Assembly: GCA_963677485.1 (NCBI GenBank)
Contig: OY781964.1
Coordinates: 1,472,001-1,536,000 of the forward strand
Source of the DNA: Armatimonadota bacterium
Lineage (GTDB): Bacteria > Armatimonadota > HRBIN16
Length of the DNA: 64,000 nt
Direction: 5' to 3'
The position numbers and the translations under genes are program-made. Positions 26,219-34,911 of this stretch are shown in pieces. The notes under the pieces were generated by a model, which searched no databases, had not been told where the DNA came from, and saw nothing but the letters and a program-made list of their open reading frames with translations. The first letter of the stretch is position 1. Each line of letters begins with the position of its first letter.

Positions 26219-27223
26219 ATGACATCTCGCGAACGCGTATACCGCACCTTGAACCATCAATCGGTGGACCGAACCCCCCGTGAGCTCTGGGCATTACCGG
26301 GCATCCCCATGTTTCACGCTGACGAGTTCGAGAAGGTGATGCAGGCCTGGCCATCGGATTTCGGTGGACCATGTGTGCGTTACGGCACCGCGCTGCGGGC
26401 GAAAGGCGAGCCTTGCCAGGTAGGCCATTACACCGATGAGTGGGGCTGCGGCTGGGAAGTGGGTGAGCCGGGCGTGGTGGGCGAGGTGAAACACTATCCC
26501 CTGGCGGAGTGGAGCAGTCTGGACAGCTACGAGCTGCCATGGGAACTGCTGAAAGAGGCTGACTTCAGTTTGGCTAACCGTAGTTGCGCGGAGAGCGATC
26601 TGTTCATGAAGGCTGGCACGCACACACGCCCCTTCGAACGGATGCAGTTCCTGCGCGGAACCCAAAACCTGATGATGGACCTGGCTTACGGCGAAAAAGA
26701 GATCTACCAACTACGTGACCGCCTGCATGAGTTCTTCTGCGCCGAAATGGAGATGTGGGCCAAGACCGATGTGGATGGCGTGAGCTTCATGGATGACTGG
26801 GGCAGCCAGATCTCACTGCTGATATCACCCGCCATGTGGAGGGAGTTCTTCAAGCCGCTCTACCGCGACTACTGCCAGATACTGAAGAGTGCGGGCAAAA
26901 AAGTGTTCTTCCACAGCGATGGTCATATTTCCAGCATCTACCCCGACCTGATCGAGATCGGTGTGGATGCGGTGAACTCGCAGTTGTTCTGCATGGACAT
27001 CGAAGAAGTAGCCCGGAAACACCGCGGCCAGATCACCTTCTGGGGCGAGATCGACCGGCAGAATATCCTGCCCTTCGGCAGCGTGGATGACGTGACGCAG
27101 GCAGTGCGCCGGGTTCGCAAGGCACTGGATAACGGTCAGGGCGGTGTGATCGCACAGTGCGAGTGGGGCAACGACACCCCGATGGAGAACGTGCTGGCCG
27201 TGTTCGAAGCCTGGATGGAGTAG
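26219..27223 (+). CDS. Uroporphyrinogen decarboxylase / methyltransferase superfamily protein
   Basis: MTSRERV, DEWG, DDWGSQ..LLISP, FHSDG, FWGEIDRQ. Confidence 0.9.
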   Translation: MTSRERVYRTLNHQSVDRTPRELWALPGIPMFHADEFEKVMQAWPSDFGGPCVRYGTALRAKGEPCQVGHYTDEWGCGWEVGEPGVVGEVKHYPLAEWSSLDSYELPWELLKEADFSLANRSCAESDLFMKAGTHTRPFERMQFLRGTQNLMMDLAYGEKEIYQLRDRLHEFFCAEMEMWAKTDVDGVSFMDDWGSQISLLISPAMWREFFKPLYRDYCQILKSAGKKVFFHSDGHISSIYPDLIEIGVDAVNSQLFCMDIEEVARKHRGQITFWGEIDRQNILPFGSVDDVTQAVRRVRKALDNGQGGVIAQCEWGNDTPMENVLAVFEAWME

Positions 27224-27232
27224 GGAATATCA

Positions 27233-27392
27233 ATCCACAGATTACACAGATGACGCAGATGAGGATGAGACGACGACCGGGGCGGTTTGGCGGTTAATCT
27301 ACCCTGTCCTACTCGTCCTGCTCATCCAACACGTCCTATTTGAGGCTCTAGAACCACAAAGTGACACGAATGCGGAACTGTCTCACGCGAAG
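27233..27392. repeat. Composite 9-mer intergenic repeat element
   Basis: ccacagattacacagatgacgcagat; gtcctactcgtcctgctcatcc; tctcacgcgaag. Confidence 0.7.
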
Positions 27393-27479
27393 AGGGATAT
27401 CGACCGGTGCGGTTATCCCTTTTCCGATCTGTTCTAGCCTACCAGGGGCAACCGGCCGATTGCCCCTTCTCCTCTTCTC

Positions 27480-28565
27480 CTAGCTCTTCCCCCGAATCAC
27501 CTCGGCGCAGTCGCGCGCGATGGAAGGCGTGCCGCCCATCTGCTCCGCCACAACCGCGATGCGCTCGCACTCCTCTATCGCCAACTGAGCATTCAGCTTG
27601 CGGGGTTCGCCGCCGAATAGCCGCTGGATATTTCCGCGCAGGATCTTTTCGACCACCTCAGCAGGCAGCTTTAACCCATGCAGATTTCCGCTGCCGGTTT
27701 CACCAAGCAGATAGTCAGCCTCGGCGGGAATCCCATACTGGTCGTCGGTGGTCAGCCAGCGGGTCACGATGTCCGAACGAGCACCCGCACCCGGCACATC
27801 CTGATCGGCCATAATGTCGGTGCCGAACACGATGCGGTCCGCGTACTTGATGAAAAACTCCCGTGCCTCCTGGTGTTTTAGGGACATGACGGTGTACATC
27901 TCGATGCCCGGGGTGAGGTCAAAATGCACGCCAGGGTAGGTGTCGAACAGCTCAGCGGCTTCCGGAAGGTGCTTAGACATAAAGAAGAAGTGCGCGAAGA
28001 TCACCTTCAACTTCGGATGGCGCTTCAGCACGTTGGCCACCTCGGCATACACCATCTCGGGCGTGACATCGGTGGGATGGTAGCCCCAGTCGTTCGCCTT
28101 CGCCCAGTCGGGGGTGGTGTCAGGGTTCCAGAACTCGTCGGGGTCGGCCACATGCCATACCATTGGTAGTCCCAGCTCCTCGATCCGCGCGAACATGGCG
28201 TCGTAGTAGTCGCTGTCAATCGGCACATCCAGCACGCGACGCTCGGTCGGCTTTGTCTCCAGCAGCTTCATCCCGTCGGCACCAATCGCCACCATGCGGT
28301 CTACCTGCTCAACCAGCGTGGGCGTGCTGACGGTGCCGCCGCTTAGGTAGGCACTGTGATCCAGTCCGGCCCCCACGTAGCACCACTCCGGGTAACATGC
28401 TTTGGCCGCATAGCAGGCCGGGTTGTTGTTGACCTCAGACTTATTAAAGACCGAAATCACCGTCATATGCGAGGCGTTCAGCCTTTCGCGAATCGGCAAC
28501 AAGTTGGGGATATCCGCCGCGGTGATGATATGCACATGGCCATCGATGGGTTGTATATGTGTCAT
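27480..28565 (-). CDS. Amidohydrolase_2 family protein
   Basis: IDGHVH, WHVAD, IFAHF, FGTD. Confidence 0.9.
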   Translation of the reverse strand: MTHIQPIDGHVHIITAADIPNLLPIRERLNASHMTVISVFNKSEVNNNPACYAAKACYPEWCYVGAGLDHSAYLSGGTVSTPTLVEQVDRMVAIGADGMKLLETKPTERRVLDVPIDSDYYDAMFARIEELGLPMVWHVADPDEFWNPDTTPDWAKANDWGYHPTDVTPEMVYAEVANVLKRHPKLKVIFAHFFFMSKHLPEAAELFDTYPGVHFDLTPGIEMYTVMSLKHQEAREFFIKYADRIVFGTDIMADQDVPGAGARSDIVTRWLTTDDQYGIPAEADYLLGETGSGNLHGLKLPAEVVEKILRGNIQRLFGGEPRKLNAQLAIEECERIAVVAEQMGGTPSIARDCAEVIRGKS

Positions 28566-28600
28566 TGAAGACCTCCGAATTGATCGCACTCTGCTCTATT

Positions 28601-29689
28601 TTATCGCACCAGGATATCTGGCCGGGCGACTGACTGCGTGGCACACATCGGCCAGCCGGTGATGGCACTGATCACCTGCGGACCGTCGGAGGTGATGACC
28701 ACCGTGTCTTCGCTCTTGGTGCCCGCGATGGAGGGGTTCCAAGCGTAGACCTGCCCAGTCTTGACCTCCCCGGCTACCGATAAGCTTCCGCGGAATTCGC
28801 GCGCCTTATACCCGGTGGGGCCGCCCTGATGGTGATGATGCCATTCGCCTTCAAAACCCGCCTGCTTGTATGCCTCCACACCCGCTTCAAACACCGATGC
28901 GATGGGTGTACCGGCAGTGGTGTGGGTAATGAAAGCAGCGTCTACCTCCGTCACAGCATCATGCCTGCGGCGCAGCTCTACAGGTAAGGCTCCGAAATGT
29001 ACCAGCCGTGTCATGGAGACAACAAGTCCCCACTTGCGTGCGCCGGTGACCAGCATCACCAACTTCTCCAGACGCTTTTCCGAGGGGATGGGATGGCGGT
29101 ATTTGGCGATGCGTTCGTCGGAGGCGATCAAGCTGACTTGCGGCACGATTCCGTGGTTCAACAGCTCGCGGTTGAGCAGTGATGCCACCTGGTGCTCGCT
29201 CATGCCGGGTTTGACCGCCATGCAGGCGGTGTTCATGCTTTCCGCCGTCATGCGACCGAGTTGGTGGTAGCGCACGATCTCCTGCCCGCAGAGCACCATC
29301 CTGAGCGGCATGAGCTGCGGCTCCAGGCTGGGCTTGCCGAACTGCTCCATGTCGCTGCCCCAGTTAGCACTGCCTACGAATTGGTCAATGGCAGTTGGCA
29401 TTGATGCCTCCCACCAGTTCAGGCTGATCACCGGGCAGTCCAGCTCCTGCAGCTCCTCATCAAGAATGCGGGGTGCCTCGATGTTTTCGCAGATCACCGC
29501 GCAGCGGTCGGCCGTGACGACCAGATGCGCCACACCCGCTTCGGTGGCGGTGGAGACGTAGCTGCTGCCTCCACAGGTGGCCCAGGCGAAGTTTGCTTGC
29601 GAGCTGATCACCAGCCCATCCAGCTTCTGCTGCTCCAGGACGCTGCGCAGTTGAGTCAACTTTGTAGTGAATTCATGTTTGCGGCTCAT
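28601..29689 (-). CDS. M24 family peptidase (Xaa-Pro peptidase-like)
   Basis: YRHP, SMTR, HHQGG.TGY..RE, WNPS..GTKSEDT. Confidence 0.9.
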   Translation of the reverse strand: MSRKHEFTTKLTQLRSVLEQQKLDGLVISSQANFAWATCGGSSYVSTATEAGVAHLVVTADRCAVICENIEAPRILDEELQELDCPVISLNWWEASMPTAIDQFVGSANWGSDMEQFGKPSLEPQLMPLRMVLCGQEIVRYHQLGRMTAESMNTACMAVKPGMSEHQVASLLNRELLNHGIVPQVSLIASDERIAKYRHPIPSEKRLEKLVMLVTGARKWGLVVSMTRLVHFGALPVELRRRHDAVTEVDAAFITHTTAGTPIASVFEAGVEAYKQAGFEGEWHHHHQGGPTGYKAREFRGSLSVAGEVKTGQVYAWNPSIAGTKSEDTVVITSDGPQVISAITGWPMCATQSVARPDILVR

Positions 29690-29802
29690 GGCATCTCCTT
29701 TTTGGCGTTACGCCAGCGTTAGTATTGGACGGATTGGGTTAATCCGTCTGAGGTGTAGTCACATCTGCGACTTCGGTTATTTGCCGGTGACTGATTCATA
29801 TG

Positions 29803-31173
29803 TTAATCACCTTCGTGAACCGCAAGGTACTTCTTGTTGGGATCATAGGTGTTCTTGCCTATCGCAACAACACGATTAGTGTTAATCAGGCGTGCGAGAT
29901 GGCGTCTTACTGAACGTGCGACAAGACCCGTGGCATTTGTCAAATCATCCATAGAGGCTCCTCCGGAACCTTGTTTCTGTAAAATACACGAGAGTATCTG
30001 CTGCTCAATCGGATCCATGGTTACCTTGCTATTACGGGTCAACGGTAACGTCACGCGGAAATGATACCCTACTTCCTCAAATATCGGAACAGGAAAGCTG
30101 CCTTGCTCACAATCAGCGTACATACGCTCAAATCCACTGCCCCATTGTTCAATCAGGTTGAGGTCTTTGAATATCCGGCCTATCACTCGGTTACGGAGTT
30201 TGGACACACCCAACCTTAGGTTCTCTATCGTCAATCCACTCACTAATAATCCCGGATTTTCGATCTCGATTCTGTCATCATAGATAGCGATACGGATGGG
30301 TGACCCAACTTGCGAGTAATCTGCATGAACAATCGCATTTGTTAAGGCTTCACGAACAGCGGCTAATGGCACGGACCAAATATCCGTACGACGGAGTTCG
30401 CCAAATACTGCAGCACGCGATGCATGTTTCTTGACAAATTCAAACGATATTTCCAGAGCCTGTGGCAGGTGTTCTCTCAAATCCTGCTGGTCAAGGATTA
30501 CTGCTTTATTGGTACCACGAAACCGCCCGCATTGAATCCAGGCATCAGGAAAATGGCGTTCACGATCCTTACCAAATAGTAGCACTCCACCCACTGTTGG
30601 TACCAATCGCCCCTGGTATCTACATACTAGATGCAGACTCTCAGGCGTAGAATCACTCCACTCCTTGAACCCGGAAAACAACCCGGACGCTACCCGGACG
30701 TCCAAACTGTCCGGGTTGATGTCCGGCATAGGCTCTTCGTCATAGGACAGGTTCAATGCAGAACGGCGCATCTCTGCAATGAGTGGTTTGTCCGCTTGCC
30801 TGTTTGTAGAGCCAACGCGCACAAGCACGCCGTTCTCTATACCGCCTGTCTTCAGCCAATGCGGCCGAAGGGCACTGGGGTATACCTCTACCGCCAGCAG
30901 AGTACGCCCCTTCCAGTTGAGCAACTCGACATTGGGCACAAGACGAGGTTCGATCAAATCCGCAATCATGCTGCAAAGACGCTCTTCTTCATCTAGCGGG
31001 TTTGCCAGACCAAGCACCGCTTTGGTGCCGTCCTCAATCCCGATCAGGATCACCCCGCCTGCCGTGTTGGCGAAGGCAGTGATCGTCTTTATGATGTTTC
31101 GTGGAGAGGAAACATCCTGCTTGAATTCGAGTGTTTTGCCCTCAGTGCGGGTTAACAGCTCCTCTACCTTCAT
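29803..31173 (-). CDS. AlbA_2 (Schlafen-like) + HATPase_c_4 + wHTH protein
   Basis: EGKTLEFK, AFANTAGGVILIG, REALTNAIVHADY, RIEIENPG, EQWGSG. Confidence 0.92.
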   Translation of the reverse strand: MKVEELLTRTEGKTLEFKQDVSSPRNIIKTITAFANTAGGVILIGIEDGTKAVLGLANPLDEEERLCSMIADLIEPRLVPNVELLNWKGRTLLAVEVYPSALRPHWLKTGGIENGVLVRVGSTNRQADKPLIAEMRRSALNLSYDEEPMPDINPDSLDVRVASGLFSGFKEWSDSTPESLHLVCRYQGRLVPTVGGVLLFGKDRERHFPDAWIQCGRFRGTNKAVILDQQDLREHLPQALEISFEFVKKHASRAAVFGELRRTDIWSVPLAAVREALTNAIVHADYSQVGSPIRIAIYDDRIEIENPGLLVSGLTIENLRLGVSKLRNRVIGRIFKDLNLIEQWGSGFERMYADCEQGSFPVPIFEEVGYHFRVTLPLTRNSKVTMDPIEQQILSCILQKQGSGGASMDDLTNATGLVARSVRRHLARLINTNRVVAIGKNTYDPNKKYLAVHEGD

Positions 31174-31299
31174 GCAACCTCCTCAGAAATGATGATGTCT
31201 AGTTCCGATACCTCAGGCTCCAGTGAGACCGATTATGTAACGGCGGGCACCATATGTTATTGCCCCCCTTATACCATCGACATTGCCAAATGACCTCTC

Positions 31300-31360
31300 T
31301 GCCTCAAATCAACCCGGAAGCTACCCGGAAGTGCAGTGCTTCCGGGTTGATGTCCAACAT
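31300..31360 (-). pseudogene. Short remnant of an AlbA_2/HATPase paralog
   Basis: 31311-31360 matches 30680-30729 at 40/50 nt; MLDINPEALHFRVASGLI vs MPDINPDSLDVRVASGLF. Confidence 0.55.
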
Positions 31361-31623
31361 TGCCTAGTCCTGCATCCAAGCAGACCTCATACCCGAAGCA
31401 TGAAGGCTTCATGCAACACTAATGCTCGTATCTGCAGTGAATATCACGTATTGTGTCTCCGTTATTCCAGATGCCGCGGTTTCCGGTTGACCACATTCAC
31501 ACCAGTCGGTTTTATGATCATTTATTGATGGCTCCTGTAATTCGTATTCAACGTCAGACGGGTTCGGCGCATGAGACCGATAGGTAATTCCAGCTAATAC
31601 GTCCGATGTATTGTGCGAGTTCA

Positions 31624-32349
31624 TTATCCTGGCTTGACAGCTTCTATCAGCAAGGTGTGCGGCACTTCAAAGTCATTCTCTTCTTCGTTCGCAAGACATA
31701 CGTTAAATATGTCGGGATAGTTGGTTTCGGTCATCGGACAGCACAGCCGAATGTTGGTAAACCCAACATCCGTCATGAGTTCTTCAAGGAATGAATATGT
31801 CAGAATGGTTAAGTGTTCTTGTCGGCAAAAGATGAAGTTCTCGAATCGTCCGCCGATACTGGTTCGATTATCTGGAAAGTCGCGAAACCACTTTGCATCA
31901 TTTTCAACAAATTTCTTGATGGCGGAATCGCCGTTAGGGCCACCCACACGGTATACCCCTCCGAGCTTCAGGCAGCGTAACACTTCCTCAAAGTGAGCTT
32001 TCAGGTGCGGCAGGTGTTCAATGACATGGTGTGAATAAGCGGCATCAATAGATCCTGTGTTGAATGGCAAGGGGTTTCGCAGGTCGGCCCATACATCACA
32101 TTTCGCCGTAAATCGGTTAGCATCGACATTGATCCATCCGGGGATATATTTGCGTTTACCAGGACCGAGATGAACTTTATGGACGCCAGCACGCGGTGCT
32201 TTCAGGTTCTTGTATAACACACCGTTCAGTTTCAGCAATGGCCCCGCGATCGCATAATATAGAGCCTTAGCGCTACGGCTTATCATTTTCTTCTTAATCG
32301 GTTGGCCAGTGTTGACGTCGATGCTGTTTGGATCTGGACGTGTTGTCAT
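31624..32349 (-). CDS. Class I SAM-dependent methyltransferase-like protein
   Basis: VHLGPG...GWINVD, DLRNPLPF, HVIEHL, RCLKLGG. Confidence 0.85.
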   Translation of the reverse strand: MTTRPDPNSIDVNTGQPIKKKMISRSAKALYYAIAGPLLKLNGVLYKNLKAPRAGVHKVHLGPGKRKYIPGWINVDANRFTAKCDVWADLRNPLPFNTGSIDAAYSHHVIEHLPHLKAHFEEVLRCLKLGGVYRVGGPNGDSAIKKFVENDAKWFRDFPDNRTSIGGRFENFIFCRQEHLTILTYSFLEELMTDVGFTNIRLCCPMTETNYPDIFNVCLANEEENDFEVPHTLLIEAVKPG

Positions 32350-32552
32350 ATAACTCTCTTTCGCTTGACAGGTCGATGACCTCAGGCTCATATGCATCAG
32401 CACGACTGCGTTGATGCGGCAGTCATCTGTGGGTTCTCCTTCGTATGTGTGGTGCCTGAACAGTCACACATCACATTATTACATTGAGTGCCGGTATCAC
32501 TGCAGCGCTTACGGAACGGTTCGATGGTTCATACCATCATTTGACTGCCTGC

Positions 32553-33590
32553 CTACCCCATAGCCTGGCGGGCGAGTTGGAGCGCCGAGGCGAATATCGA
32601 AGCGGTGGCATCCGGCGATGTGGTATACCCCTGCCCGCCGGTTCCCTGGCGCATGACGGCGATCTCCACTTCGCCTTCTTTCTTCAGCTCCACAAGCACC
32701 TCGCCATAACGCGGTATTCGGGCTTCTTTCTGGGTGTTTTTGTCTTTTAGACTCGTCAGGAACCCCGAGATTATCCCATCGTCGGCTTTCGTCAACAGCG
32801 GACGCAAGCGATCGACCAGACCATATGATGGTTTGGCGATGAGCACGCAATAGGTGTACGGATACTTGGTGCTTTGCACTGTGTTCATCGTGGTTTGAAT
32901 CTGGATACCGTAGAAATCCTCAGGTGCTCCAGTCAGTTTCGCCATCATCTTCACGTCCACCGGCACGGAGCCATTGGCTGTCTGTGCGATCTGGATGCTG
33001 GGCTGGAAGGTGACGTCTTTGATATCAGCCATCATGTTGTATATGGGGATGAGCTGGTTGATTTTCGTGCGCATCTCAACTGGTTCCCAGCTTTTCACGA
33101 CGCCACTGACCCACAACGGCAGCAGCAGTGTCAACGAATCCATCACGAACAGCGTGCTCATCGAGCCACCCGCCATGATGGGCACCATTGGCGAGGGATC
33201 AAAATTGTCTGAGCCTGAATTCATCAGGTTCGCGGCCGCTAAAACCAGCAGGATGATGATGCCGATGAACATCAAACATCCAGTTCCCGAGCTCAGCGAA
33301 AACAGACCCGCTGCCTTCTTCACATCGGTGCTTTCGCGCAGCATGTTGAGCAGCCCGTTGAACTCGTTGATGGTCACACTTTTCCATTCGCTGTCGCGGG
33401 TGAACCGGGGCACGTTGGAGCGTCCCTTCAACATCCCCAGCAGTGCGGCTGCCAGCACCCACACCCAGCCGATAATCGGCGCGAAGACGAATTGGACGAT
33501 GATGCCCACTACTGCGCAAATTATCATTAAGGCATAACGCTTCTTGATGGGCATCGTGTTGGCAAAGACGAACTCAGGCGATTTGTTCAT
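32553..33590 (-). CDS. Hypothetical membrane protein, third gene of the rSAM operon
   Basis: About 4 TM segments plus soluble C-domain; start overlaps rSAM stop. Confidence 0.8.
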   Translation of the reverse strand: MNKSPEFVFANTMPIKKRYALMIICAVVGIIVQFVFAPIIGWVWVLAAALLGMLKGRSNVPRFTRDSEWKSVTINEFNGLLNMLRESTDVKKAAGLFSLSSGTGCLMFIGIIILLVLAAANLMNSGSDNFDPSPMVPIMAGGSMSTLFVMDSLTLLLPLWVSGVVKSWEPVEMRTKINQLIPIYNMMADIKDVTFQPSIQIAQTANGSVPVDVKMMAKLTGAPEDFYGIQIQTTMNTVQSTKYPYTYCVLIAKPSYGLVDRLRPLLTKADDGIISGFLTSLKDKNTQKEARIPRYGEVLVELKKEGEVEIAVMRQGTGGQGYTTSPDATASIFASALQLARQAMG

Positions 33591-34911
33591 GCTTCTCCCC
33601 CCGTTTTTGAAGGCTGGTCAGCTCCTGGTAACCCATCGCCTGCCAGTAGATCGGGCAGGCGCCTGTACAGATGTCAAACTGCGGGCAGGCTTTACAGATT
33701 TTGTGTGCATAGCGCTTTTCTCGCCAATAGCGTGCGCGGCGCCCCTCCCACACCCGGTGAAACGGCGTCTGTAGCAGGTTGCCCACTCTTTTTGGCAGGC
33801 TGGAACAGGGCAGCACATCACCGGTAGGCGATATACTGAGCAAACCATCGCAGGCCGCGCAGGACTTTCCGCCAAGTTGCGAGGCCACTGGGTTGAACAG
33901 GCAATACGGAGTGGGCGAGTACCACATGAACTCGATATCCTCGTCACGGGCCGCCTGTTGAATTCCAGCCATCAGACCAGCCATCTCGGTATAACTGATG
34001 GTCACCTCTTCATTGGGTGCGCTGCCGCAGGGGATCACCATGTTCATGGAGAGCCGCTTCATACCAAGTGTTTTCACGAAGGCGATCAACTCGGTCAGAT
34101 GCGCCGCGTTCATGCGGTTCACGGTGGTGTTGGTATGTACATGGAGACCACTTTGCTTCAACAGCTCGATGCCCCGCACGGTGCGATCAAAGGAGCCAGG
34201 GAGCTGCGTCAGACGGTCGTGAACATCAGCATTCGGACCTTCCAGACTCACCTGCGCACTGCGCAAACCCGCCTCTTTCAAACCCGTGACCAGCTCCTCG
34301 GTCAGGTTGGTGCCGTTGGTGATGAGGTTCACCCGAATACCCAACGCGGTGGCGTAAGCTGTCAACTCCACGAGATCTTTCCGCAGGGTGGGTTCGCCGC
34401 CGGTCCAACTGACGCTGGGCGCTTCGGCGTCCTGCTTGATGATCTGCAGCACCCGTTTGATTTCGTCTGTGCTCATCTCAGCGCAGTCAGGCCGCTTCTT
34501 GCACTGGCAGCCTGCGTAGCAAAACCGGCAGCTCAGGTTGCAGCGATAGGTCATTGCGATCTCCGAAAGCACCGGCAAGGTGTTGAAGGGCCTTTGATAG
34601 GGCACCACATCCACCGCGATGCGGTCCTGCCCTTCCCCGAGGCAGCCCATGACCATCGCCCGGATGTCGCTGAAGAAGTCGCTGATGTCCTTCATTTTGG
34701 CATCATCATGCGCCATCTTCGGACTACGGCTTGATATCACCTCGTGTATGGAACGCCCATTCAGCGTCTCCTTCAAGAGCAGCAAGCCGGTTTTGTTGAT
34801 CTTATAGGCCTGGTTGGGCAGCAGGATCAGCAGGCTGTCGCGCTCGCGCACGGTCACATGCGGTTTGATGCTGTCCACAAAGCTGTCGATCCAGTCGATG
34901 CGGCTCTCCAT
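33574..34911 (-). CDS. Radical SAM/SPASM protein with PqqD/RRE-like N-terminus
   Basis: CNLSCRFC, TGGEP, SPASM CAAC..GDVLPC..CKAC..CTGAC; ATG at 34911 overlaps upstream TGA. Confidence 0.92.
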   Translation of the reverse strand: MESRIDWIDSFVDSIKPHVTVRERDSLLILLPNQAYKINKTGLLLLKETLNGRSIHEVISSRSPKMAHDDAKMKDISDFFSDIRAMVMGCLGEGQDRIAVDVVPYQRPFNTLPVLSEIAMTYRCNLSCRFCYAGCQCKKRPDCAEMSTDEIKRVLQIIKQDAEAPSVSWTGGEPTLRKDLVELTAYATALGIRVNLITNGTNLTEELVTGLKEAGLRSAQVSLEGPNADVHDRLTQLPGSFDRTVRGIELLKQSGLHVHTNTTVNRMNAAHLTELIAFVKTLGMKRLSMNMVIPCGSAPNEEVTISYTEMAGLMAGIQQAARDEDIEFMWYSPTPYCLFNPVASQLGGKSCAACDGLLSISPTGDVLPCSSLPKRVGNLLQTPFHRVWEGRRARYWREKRYAHKICKACPQFDICTGACPIYWQAMGYQELTSLQKRGEKHEQIA

